From: Actinomycetota bacterium | GTDB taxonomy: Bacteria > Actinomycetota > Thermoleophilia > Gaiellales > Gaiellaceae | Length of the DNA: 64,000 nucleotides | NCBI GenBank assembly: GCA_004366385.1 | Contig: SIRU01000058.1 | Span: 1-64,000, forward strand | Direction: 5' to 3' | Shown here: positions 1 through 7,243 of the stretch, piece by piece | Numbering within the stretch: position 1 is the first letter of the stretch | Layout of the letters: each line of letters opens with the position of its first letter | Made by a program: the position numbers and the translations under genes | Notes under the pieces: model-generated | What the model was told of the DNA's origin: nothing | What the model saw: the letters and a program-made list of their open reading frames with translations, nothing else | The model's database searches: none

Positions 1-93
1 TGTAGGCTGCCCCGATCCAAGTGACACGAACGGGCCGCGCGTTGTGGCCCGCGCCCCTGTCCTCGGCGTTCTACTGCGACTGGGAGGTGCATC

Positions 94-723
94 CTGAGAG
101 CCCTATTCGTCGGCCTGTGCCTGCTCGTGCTGGTACTGGCCCCTGCGGCAGCGAACGGGGAGCCTGCGGCCCAGGCTTCACCCCAGGAGAAGCGAGCGAG
201 CTCGGGCAAGCGCTCCGTCTCGCTCTCCCTCGACCAGCGCCTCGACCGTGTGCAGCGGAAGGCGCGGAAGCACCGGACGACGGTGCGGTTCTACGAGCGG
301 AACGGCCACTACCTGCGGTCCGGAAAGCACGCGCCACGCGCGATGACGCGTCTGCGCACGGCCCGGCGCGAGCTCGCGCAGGCCACGCGCTCCGAGCGGC
401 AGCTTCGGCGCTCGGTCGCCCGGCGCAACGCGCGGGCCCAGGCCCGGCGCCTCGCGAAGGCGCCTCCGAAGACGGTGATCTGCCACGTCTTCGGCCGGCG
501 CTACTGCCGGCAGGCGCTCGCAGTCGCCTGGTGCGAGTCGCGGTTCTCGACTCGAGCCCGGAACGGCCAGTACCTCGGGCTCTTCCAGATGGGGTCGTAC
601 GAGCGGCAGCGCTTCGGCCACGGAGAGACCGCCCACGCGCAGACGGTCGCAGCACACCGCTACTTCGTCCTCTCCGGGCGGGACTGGAGCCCGTGGGGCT
701 GCAAGCCCTGGTACGCGATGTAG
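94..723 (+). CDS. secreted transglycosylase-like protein (SLT/Rpf-type lysozyme fold)
   Basis: Frame-1 ORF ending TAG 721-723. C-terminal AWCESRFSTRARNGQYLGLFQMG resembles the catalytic-Glu region of transglycosylase-like domains. N-terminus RALFVGLCLLVLVLAPAAA-NG is a complete signal peptide only if initiation is at CTG94, 6 nt after GGGAGG 82-87. First canonical start is GTG127. Confidence 0.7.
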   Translation: MRALFVGLCLLVLVLAPAAANGEPAAQASPQEKRASSGKRSVSLSLDQRLDRVQRKARKHRTTVRFYERNGHYLRSGKHAPRAMTRLRTARRELAQATRSERQLRRSVARRNARAQARRLAKAPPKTVICHVFGRRYCRQALAVAWCESRFSTRARNGQYLGLFQMGSYERQRFGHGETAHAQTVAAHRYFVLSGRDWSPWGCKPWYAM

Positions 724-803
724 CGCCTTTTGGTGCAAAGTGCGCACCGGGCGCGCGCGCGGGGGTTTCCTTTCACGCGCGGTTCTAGTAAAGGTTCAGG
801 GAC

Positions 804-1019
804 GTGTGGGGTCAGCGGAAGCGCGAGCGGCTGCGCTCGTTCGACGAGGCGACCGCCTATGCCCGCTGCCACGGCGAGCGGGACGAGAACGTGCGCCTCG
901 TGAAGCTGCCCCCGCGCCGCGCCCGCTTCGAGGACGTGCTCTCGAGCGGGGAGAGCCTGCGCCAGGAGTTCGAGGCCCGGCTCGACGGGCGCGAGCCGGA
1001 GCCCGAGCCCGCCTCGTAG
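804..1019 (+). CDS. small hypothetical protein (71 aa)
   Basis: GTG start. Third codon positions are almost all G/C, as in the confident genes. Charged, non-repetitive sequence. No family recognised. Confidence 0.5.
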   Translation: MWGQRKRERLRSFDEATAYARCHGERDENVRLVKLPPRRARFEDVLSSGESLRQEFEARLDGREPEPEPAS

Positions 1020-1060
1020 CCGGCCTCCCTCGGCGGCGCGTGCGCTACCCTTCCGCCCTC

Positions 1061-1133
1061 GGCCCATTCGTCTAGCGGCCTAGGACACCGCCCTCTCACG
1101 GCGGCGGCACGGGTTCGAATCCCGTATGGGCCT
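1061..1133 (+). tRNA. tRNA-Glu (anticodon CUC)
   Basis: Cloverleaf folded by hand: acceptor GGCCCAT/ATGGGCC, D stem GTCT/GGAC, anticodon stem CCGCC/GGCGG with loop CTCTCAC (CTC at 1095-1097), T arm ACGGG-TTCGAAT-CCCGT, discriminator T. CCA is not encoded. Confidence 0.93.
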
Positions 1134-1288
1134 TCACGAAGCCCCGCTCGACGCGCGTCGTTCCGCACGGTTGAGTGGGGCGACCGTGCGCAACGCATCC
1201 TTAGCCCCTTCTTAGCCTCCCCGCCTTTAGCTGCGCACGCGCGCGGGTACGCGGTACCCGTACGCGGAAGCGAACCCAAGGAGGACAC

Positions 1289-1675
1289 ATGCAGCAGACC
1301 ACACATGCGGTGTGGGCATATCGCGACGCCGACCTCGGCCAGCGCATCGCCCCCACGAGCGTCGTCGGCTTCGAGGTCGAGGCGATCGACGGCTCGATCG
1401 GCAAGGTCGACGACGCCACGTTCGACGCCGGCGGCGGCCTGATCGTCGTCGACACGGGACCGTGGATCTTCGGGAAGAAGGTCATGCTCCCGGCCGGTGT
1501 CATCCGGGAGGTCGACCACGACGAGGAGACGATCTTCGTCCACCGCACGAAGGACGAGATCAAGAACGCGCCGGAGTTCGACGAGTCCATGTTCGAGGAC
1601 GAGTCGTACCGGAGCGATCTGGGCTCGTACTACGGCGAGGGCGGCCGCGGCCACCGCGGCTGGGACACCGTCTAG
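1289..1675 (+). CDS. PRC-barrel domain protein
   Basis: ATG preceded by AAGGAGG. VVGFEVEAIDGSIGKVDD...VMLPAGVI pattern is typical of PRC-barrel proteins. Confidence 0.85.
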   Translation: MQQTTHAVWAYRDADLGQRIAPTSVVGFEVEAIDGSIGKVDDATFDAGGGLIVVDTGPWIFGKKVMLPAGVIREVDHDEETIFVHRTKDEIKNAPEFDESMFEDESYRSDLGSYYGEGGRGHRGWDTV

Positions 1676-1706
1676 GCACCTTCGACCCGAGCTCGAAGCA
1701 CGATCC

Positions 1707-1735
1707 GGTGAGGGCGGCCGCGAGGCCGCCTCACC
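1707..1735. terminator. GC-rich hairpin between convergent genes (possible bidirectional terminator)
   Basis: GGTGAGGGCGGCC-GCGA-GGCCGCCTCACC: 12-bp stem with one bulged G. Lies between the PRC-barrel stop (1675) and the MaoC stop (1742). No U-tract. Confidence 0.45.
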
Positions 1736-1741
1736 GCTCTC

Positions 1742-2188
1742 TCAGGGACGGCGTGCTCGAGCGAGCTCGAGGACGACGAGCTCGGCGACGCAGACCGGCT
1801 TGTCGACGCCCTCGCACTCGACCGTGGCCTCGATGGTGCCGCGGCGGCCGAGCGGGCTCTCCTCCACCGACAGAACTCTGAAGCGACCCCGGACGCGGCG
1901 GCCCGACGGGACCGCGGCCGGGAACCGGACGCGGTTCACGCCGTAGTTCACCGTCGCGCTCTCGGACGGCGGGAGGAGCTCGTACAGCATCGGGACGCAC
2001 AGCGAGAGCGTGAGGAAGCCGTGCGCGATCGTCGTCCCGAACGGGCCCTCCGCCGCGCGCACGGGGTCGACGTGGATCCACCCCCCCCCCTCGCTCGCGT
2101 CCGCGAACGTGTCGATCCGCTCCTGCGTCACGTCGATCCACGACGTGGGGCCGAGCTCCTGGCCGACGAGGTCGTCGAGCGCCGTCAC
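1742..2188 (-). CDS. MaoC-like (R)-specific enoyl-CoA hydratase, hotdog fold
   Basis: 148 aa from GTG2188, which forms a GTGA overlap with the gltX stop. IHVDPVRAAEGPFGTTIAHGFLTLSL is the MaoC dehydratase signature region. Confidence 0.85.
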   Translation of the reverse strand: MTALDDLVGQELGPTSWIDVTQERIDTFADASEGGGWIHVDPVRAAEGPFGTTIAHGFLTLSLCVPMLYELLPPSESATVNYGVNRVRFPAAVPSGRRVRGRFRVLSVEESPLGRRGTIEATVECEGVDKPVCVAELVVLELARARRP

Positions 2189-3435
2189 GCCGTCGTCCTT
2201 CGAATGCGCGCGAGCGACTCCTCCCTGCCGAGGAGCTCGAGCGACTCGTACAGCCCCGGCGAGACGCGGGAGCCCGTGACCGCGACCCGGATCGGGAGAT
2301 ACACCGCGCGCGGCTTCTCCCCCAGCTCCTCGCAGAGCGCCTTCAGCGCAACCTCGATCTCCGCGGCCGCCCACGGCTCGACCCGCTCCAGCGCGCCGGC
2401 CGCCGCCTCCAGGATCCGCGCGTCCAGCAGCTCGGGGTCCGGCTCGACATCGTGGAAGAGGAACCCCGCGAAGCTCTCGAACTCGCTCAGCTTCCCGATC
2501 TTCTCCTGCACGATCGCTGCGGCCGCGCGCACGCGCTGCTCGTCCCAGTCGACCCCCCGCTCGCGCAGGTACGCGACGAGCCGGTCTGCGAACTCCTCGA
2601 GCGGGAGCGCGCGCAGGTACACGCCGTTCATCCAGTCGAGCTTCGCGTAGTCGAACGTCGCCGGGCTCGAGCCGACGCGCTCGAGCGAGAAACGCTCGAT
2701 CAGCTCGTCGCGCGACATGATCGTCGTCTCCCCGTCCGGCGCCCACCCGAGCAGCGCGAGGAAGTTCATCAGCGCCTCGGGCAGGTAGCCGGCCTTGCGG
2801 AACTCGTCCACCGACACCGCGCCGTGGCGCTTCGAGAGCTTCTTCCCGTCCTCGCCGAAGACGTTCGGAACGTGCGCGTACACCGGCAGCTCGGCCCCGA
2901 GCGCGCGGAGCACGTTGATCTGCTTGGGCGTGTTCGAGACGTGGTCGTCGCCGCGGATCACGTGCGTGATCCCCTCCAGCGAGTCCTCGAGCGGCGAGGC
3001 GAAGTTGTAGGTCGGCCGGCCGTCCGAGCGGACGAGCACGAGGTCCTCCAGCTCCTCGTTCGGGAACTCGATCCGGCCCTTGATCGCGTCGTCCCAGCCC
3101 GTGACGCCCTCGTCGGGCATGCGGATCCGGATCGCGCCCTCGTCCTCGTACGCCGTGCCCTCGGCCACGAGCCGCTGCGCCTCCCCCTTCGCGCGCTCCA
3201 TGACGTCGAGCTGGAACGTCGTCTCGCCGTCCCAGTCGATGCCGAGCCAGCGCAGCGAGCGCTCGATCTGCTCGACGGACTCCTCCACCTCGCGGCTCGT
3301 GTCCGTGTTCTCGATGCGCAGCCGGCACTCGCCGCCGCGCCCGCGCGCGAACAGCCAGTTGAAGAGGAACGTGCGCACGCCGCCGATGTGCAAGAGGCCG
3401 GTCGGGGACGGAGCCATGCGAACGCGGACGGACAC
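2185..3435 (-). CDS. gltX: glutamate--tRNA ligase
   Basis: Class I motifs PSPTGLLHIGG (HIGH) and KLSKR (KMSKS). Start set at GTG3435 (VSVRVRMAPSPTG, the usual GltX N-terminus), 8 nt after a TACGCT -10-like box. The alternative ATG3456 would overlap the nfo start. Confidence 0.93.
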   Translation of the reverse strand: MSVRVRMAPSPTGLLHIGGVRTFLFNWLFARGRGGECRLRIENTDTSREVEESVEQIERSLRWLGIDWDGETTFQLDVMERAKGEAQRLVAEGTAYEDEGAIRIRMPDEGVTGWDDAIKGRIEFPNEELEDLVLVRSDGRPTYNFASPLEDSLEGITHVIRGDDHVSNTPKQINVLRALGAELPVYAHVPNVFGEDGKKLSKRHGAVSVDEFRKAGYLPEALMNFLALLGWAPDGETTIMSRDELIERFSLERVGSSPATFDYAKLDWMNGVYLRALPLEEFADRLVAYLRERGVDWDEQRVRAAAAIVQEKIGKLSEFESFAGFLFHDVEPDPELLDARILEAAAGALERVEPWAAAEIEVALKALCEELGEKPRAVYLPIRVAVTGSRVSPGLYESLELLGREESLARIRRTTA

Positions 3436-3442
3436 GACGGCG

Positions 3443-3449
3443 TAGCGTA
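3443..3449. promoter_or_regulatory. overlapping back-to-back -10-like boxes (nfo TAGCGT / gltX TACGCT)
   Basis: Plus-strand TAGCGT 3443-3448 lies 6 nt before ATG3455. Minus-strand TACGCT (3449-3444) lies 8 nt before GTG3435. Confidence 0.4.
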
Positions 3450-3454
3450 GTCGC

Positions 3455-4315
3455 ATGCTCTTCGGCGCCCACGTGTCCGCGGCCGGCGGGATCTCGAAGG
3501 CGATCGACCGCGTACAGGAGATCCGCGGGAACGCGGTGCAGGTGTTCACACAGAGCCCGCGCATGTGGAGGCCGACCGAGCACGCGCCGGAGGAGCTCGA
3601 GCGCTTCCGCGCACGGCGGCGGCAGGCGCGCGTCAAGCACGTCTCCTGTCACGCGCTCTACCTCGTCAACCTCGCAAGCAGGGACCGCACGATCCGGCGG
3701 CAGTCGTTCGCGGCGCTGCACGCGACGCTGGACACGGCGCGCGGGATCGACGCGGACGCGGTGGTCTTCCACGTCGGCTCGCACCTCGGCTACGGGTTCC
3801 GCGAGGCGGTGAAGAGAGTCGCGCCGATGCTGCGCGACCTGCTCGAGCTCACCACCGACGATCTCTGGCTGTGCATGGAGAACACCGCGGGCGCCGGCGG
3901 GACGATCGGGCGCGGGATCGACGAGCTCGAGGCGCTGTGCGACGCGGTCGGCGGGCACCCGCGACTGGGCGTCTGCATCGACTCGTGCCACTGGTGGGCG
4001 TCCGGCGTCGACGTTTCGGACCCGGACGCGCTCGACACGGCGGTCGCGGAGCTCGACGCTGGTCTCGGGCTCGAGCGGCTCCGCTGCCTGCACGTGAACG
4101 ACTCGAAGACGCCGCTCGGGTCGAACCGCGACCGGCACGACTACGTCGGGCGGGGGCTGATCGGGGACGGGCTCGCGACGTTCCTCTCGCACCCCGCGTT
4201 CGCGCAGCTCCCCGCGCTCGTGGAGACCTGGGAGAGCGCCGACGACCTCGAGCGGATGCGCGCGCTGCGCCGGCGCGGGAGGCGAAGGCGAGCCGCTCTC
4301 AGCCGGAGTCGGTGA
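3455..4315 (+). CDS. nfo: deoxyribonuclease IV (endonuclease IV)
   Basis: 286 aa. GAHVSAAGG N-terminus, FHVGSH, ENTAG and HVNDSK metal-ligand motifs of the AP endonuclease 2 family. Confidence 0.93.
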   Translation: MLFGAHVSAAGGISKAIDRVQEIRGNAVQVFTQSPRMWRPTEHAPEELERFRARRRQARVKHVSCHALYLVNLASRDRTIRRQSFAALHATLDTARGIDADAVVFHVGSHLGYGFREAVKRVAPMLRDLLELTTDDLWLCMENTAGAGGTIGRGIDELEALCDAVGGHPRLGVCIDSCHWWASGVDVSDPDALDTAVAELDAGLGLERLRCLHVNDSKTPLGSNRDRHDYVGRGLIGDGLATFLSHPAFAQLPALVETWESADDLERMRALRRRGRRRRAALSRSR

Positions 4316-4709
4316 CGCGGGCGAAGACCCGGAAGGTCGTGCGCTGGCGCGGGAGCTCGTAGAACTCCGGGTTGCGGCAGCCGAGCTCGTCCGCGCGGGC
4401 GGCGTACGTCGCGACGACGTCGGTGTCGCACATCGGCAGCGGGGCCTTGCGTGCGCGCACCGCGCCGAAGCCGCCGCGCTCGGACTCGGCCGCCTCGAGC
4501 AGCTCGAGGTCGATCTCGACGTCGAACACCTTCTGGAGGCAGCCGACGTAGGTCCTCCCCCACGCCTCGTACGCGTACACGAACGGGCAGCCCATCCGCA
4601 CGCACGAGCCGGGGTGCACGACCTTCTCGCAGTGCACCTCGCAGTGCCGGCACTCGACCTCGTCCTGGGCCCGGAGAGGGAGACCGACAGCCGCCGCCGT
4701 TTCGCTCAT
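4299..4709 (-). CDS. cysteine-rich hypothetical protein (136 aa)
   Basis: ATG4709 lies 6 nt after CACAAT. Contains the cluster CRHCEVHCEKVVHPGSCVRMGCPF plus three more Cys. High GC3. The 3' end overlaps the nfo 3' end by 17 nt. Confidence 0.6.
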   Translation of the reverse strand: MSETAAAVGLPLRAQDEVECRHCEVHCEKVVHPGSCVRMGCPFVYAYEAWGRTYVGCLQKVFDVEIDLELLEAAESERGGFGAVRARKAPLPMCDTDVVATYAARADELGCRNPEFYELPRQRTTFRVFARVTDSG

Positions 4710-4843
4710 GTACCGATTGTGTGCCTCTCGCGCCCTCGGCCGCAAGACTTGACAAGCGCGCGCGTTTCAGGCAGGAGCCGGGAGCGTCGCGGCACGCACG
4801 GTCGTGCTCGGCCCTCCGCAGGTGCCGGATAGGTTTCCCGATC

Positions 4844-5887
4844 GTGGTCCGGCGGATCATCTTCGGGACGCTCGCGCTCGCGCCGCTCGTCATCGCCCTG
4901 CACTACCTCGTGCATCCGGACGAGTCGGTCGAGTTCGTGCTCGCGGCGCTCGCGCTCGTCCCGCTGGCGTGGCTGATCGGCGAGGCGACCGAGCACGCCG
5001 CGGAGCACACCGGCCCGGGAATCGGCGGCTTCCTGAATGCGACCTTCGGGAACGCGCCCGAGCTGATCATCGCGCTGATCGCCGTGAACCAGGGGCTGAC
5101 GGAGGTCGTGCGCGGGTCGCTCACGGGAAGCGTGATCGGCAACCTCCTGCTCGTGCTCGGCGCCTCGCTCGTGGCCGGCGGCCGCGGGCAGCTCGACCGC
5201 TACTCGAGCTTCATCGCGTTCGGGATCCTCGCCTTCGCCACCGTCATGTTCCTGATCCCGGCGATCCCGAGCTGGGAAGGCGACCCCGACCGCGCGTCGC
5301 TCGCGCGGCTGACGGTGCCGGTCGCGATCGTGCTCCTGCTCGTGTACGTCGGCGTGACCTGGTACTCGCTGCGGCGGCATCACACCCTGCACGTCGCGAG
5401 CGACGAGGAGATCCGCGCGTGGTCGTTGCGGAGGGCGATCGTCGCGCTCGCCCTCGCGACCGTGACGACGGCGCTCGTCGCCGAGATCCTCGTCGGCTCG
5501 CTCGAGGTGTTCGCGGAGCGCGTCGGCCTCTCCCAGTTCTTCGTCGCGGCCGTGATCGTCGCGATCGTGGGGAACGCGGCCGAGCACGGCGGAGCGGTGG
5601 TCGTCGCATTCCGCGGCAAGATCGCGCTCGCAGGCGAGATCGCGCTCGCATCGGCGGCCCAAGTCGCCGTCTTCCTCATCCCGGCGGTGGCGCTCCTCTC
5701 GTGGCTCATCGACCCGCTCGCGCTGAGCTTCCGCCCCGTGGAGATCGCGGCGCTCGCGGGCTCGATCGTGTACACGGCGATCGTGCTCTTCGACGGCCAC
5801 TCGAGCCGGCTCCGCGGCGGCCTCCTGCTCGGAGGCTACGGCGTGATCGTGATCGCGTTCTTCCTCGCCGGGGACCGGACGTTCTGA
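4844..5887 (+). CDS. Ca2+/H+ exchanger (CaCA family, ChaA/Cax type)
   Basis: 347 aa from GTG4844, 8 nt after TAGGTT. Duplicated alpha-repeat motifs GNAPELIIA and GNAAEHG. About 11 hydrophobic segments. Confidence 0.9.
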   Translation: MVRRIIFGTLALAPLVIALHYLVHPDESVEFVLAALALVPLAWLIGEATEHAAEHTGPGIGGFLNATFGNAPELIIALIAVNQGLTEVVRGSLTGSVIGNLLLVLGASLVAGGRGQLDRYSSFIAFGILAFATVMFLIPAIPSWEGDPDRASLARLTVPVAIVLLLVYVGVTWYSLRRHHTLHVASDEEIRAWSLRRAIVALALATVTTALVAEILVGSLEVFAERVGLSQFFVAAVIVAIVGNAAEHGGAVVVAFRGKIALAGEIALASAAQVAVFLIPAVALLSWLIDPLALSFRPVEIAALAGSIVYTAIVLFDGHSSRLRGGLLLGGYGVIVIAFFLAGDRTF

Positions 5888-5910
5888 TGCAGGCCGCCGC
5901 GCCGCCGCCC

Positions 5911-5930
5911 CGTCGCCGGAGGAGGCGACG
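5911..5930 (+). terminator. hairpin after the exchanger gene
   Basis: CGTCGCC-GGAGGA-GGCGACG: 7-bp stem, 24 nt after the stop. Weak T content downstream. Confidence 0.35.
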
Positions 5931-5959
5931 CAGCGCTTCTGTAAGGAAGCTCTGAAGAG

Positions 5960-7243
5960 GTGGATTGCGCGCCGGCCATGCGTGGTACTCGTATGCCAGT
6001 GCGGATCGTCGTCGCCGTCGTCGTGCTCTGCTGTGCGCTGCTCGTGGCTCCGTCCGCGGGCGCCGCTCCGGGCGTCCAGTTCGGGATCCAGGACGACGCC
6101 TGGCTCGAGTACGGCCCGGGAACGCTCGCCCAGCGCGTCGCCCGGCTCGACCGGATGGGCTTCGACGCCGTCCGCGTCACGCTCGCCTGGCACGAGATCG
6201 AGACGAGCCCGGGGACCTACCGCTGGGGCCGCAGCGACCGGCTGCTCGGCGCGCTCCGCGCCCGCGGGCTCCGGCCGATCGTCACGATCTGGGGGACGCC
6301 GCGGTGGGCGAACCGGGGCGGTCTGCCGAACGTCGCCCCCGCCGAGGGCCTCGAGTACCACTTCCAGAACTTCACTCGCACGGCCGCCACGCGGTACCAG
6401 TACGTCGACGCCTGGCTCATGTGGAACGAGCCGAACAAGCCGCTCTGGCTCAACCCCGCGTCGCCGCGGACGTACGTGCAGCAGATCCTGAACCCGGGCT
6501 ACCGGGGGATCAAGGCGGCCAACCCGAAGGCGAAGGTCGCGGGCGGGGTGACCGCGCCGACCGCGGGGCGGGGCGGCATCGCGCCGGTCGACTTCATCAA
6601 GCTGATGCGGGCGAACGGCGCGCTCCTCGACGTGTACGCGCACCACCCGTACCCGGTGTTCCCCGGCGACACTCCCTTCAAGGGCGGCTGCAAGTGCAAG
6701 ACGCTGACGATGGCGGAGCTCCACCGGCTGCTCCTGTTCGTGAACCGGAACTTCCCGAAGGCGCGCGTCTGGCTCACCGAGTACGGCTACCAGACGAACC
6801 CGCCCGACCGGTTCGGCGTCTCGCCCGAGCTCCAGGCCCGCTACATCGGCGAGGCCGCGCGGCGCGTGTACCTGGCGCCGAAGGTCGACCTTCTCATCCA
6901 CTACCTGTACCGCGACGAGCCGAACCTCGCGCGCTGGCAGAGCGGCCTCGAGAACGTCCGCGGGCAGCCGAAGCTCGGGCTGAGGGCGTCGATGCTGCCG
7001 CTCGCGCAGGTCTCGCGGCGCGGGACGAGGACGACGCTCTGGGGTCAGGTGCGACCCGGCGCCGGGCGCCGGTCCTACGTGGTCGAGCGGAAGATCGCGG
7101 GTCGCTGGGTGCAGCTCGGCAGGCCAGGCCGGACGAACGCCCGCGGCTACTTCAAGCGGACGATCGCCGCGCCGAAGGGCTCCCAGGTCCGGCTCCGGTT
7201 CCCGGCCGGCAAGGTCGCGGGCCCGCCGCTCAGAGTCCGCTAG
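5960..7243 (+). CDS. secreted glycoside hydrolase (clan GH-A, TIM barrel)
   Basis: Signal peptide VRIVVAVVVLCCALLVAPSAGAAP. WNEPN (acid/base Glu) and LTEYG (nucleophile Glu) motifs. Start is uncertain: GTG5960, ATG5978 or ATG5993. Confidence 0.8.
   Translation: MDCAPAMRGTRMPVRIVVAVVVLCCALLVAPSAGAAPGVQFGIQDDAWLEYGPGTLAQRVARLDRMGFDAVRVTLAWHEIETSPGTYRWGRSDRLLGALRARGLRPIVTIWGTPRWANRGGLPNVAPAEGLEYHFQNFTRTAATRYQYVDAWLMWNEPNKPLWLNPASPRTYVQQILNPGYRGIKAANPKAKVAGGVTAPTAGRGGIAPVDFIKLMRANGALLDVYAHHPYPVFPGDTPFKGGCKCKTLTMAELHRLLLFVNRNFPKARVWLTEYGYQTNPPDRFGVSPELQARYIGEAARRVYLAPKVDLLIHYLYRDEPNLARWQSGLENVRGQPKLGLRASMLPLAQVSRRGTRTTLWGQVRPGAGRRSYVVERKIAGRWVQLGRPGRTNARGYFKRTIAAPKGSQVRLRFPAGKVAGPPLRVR

Noticed and set aside
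1061-3435. A functional link or T-box-type control between tRNA-Glu(CUC) and the nearby gltX.
   Set aside because: They lie on opposite strands and are separated by two unrelated genes. There is no leader upstream of gltX, so the proximity is treated as coincidence.
3454-3456. ATG3456 as the gltX start, which would overlap the nfo ATG by 2 nt.
   Set aside because: GTG3435 gives the canonical GltX N-terminus and has a TACGCT box 8 nt upstream. The extra 7 residues (MRLRYAV) have no counterpart that I recognise.
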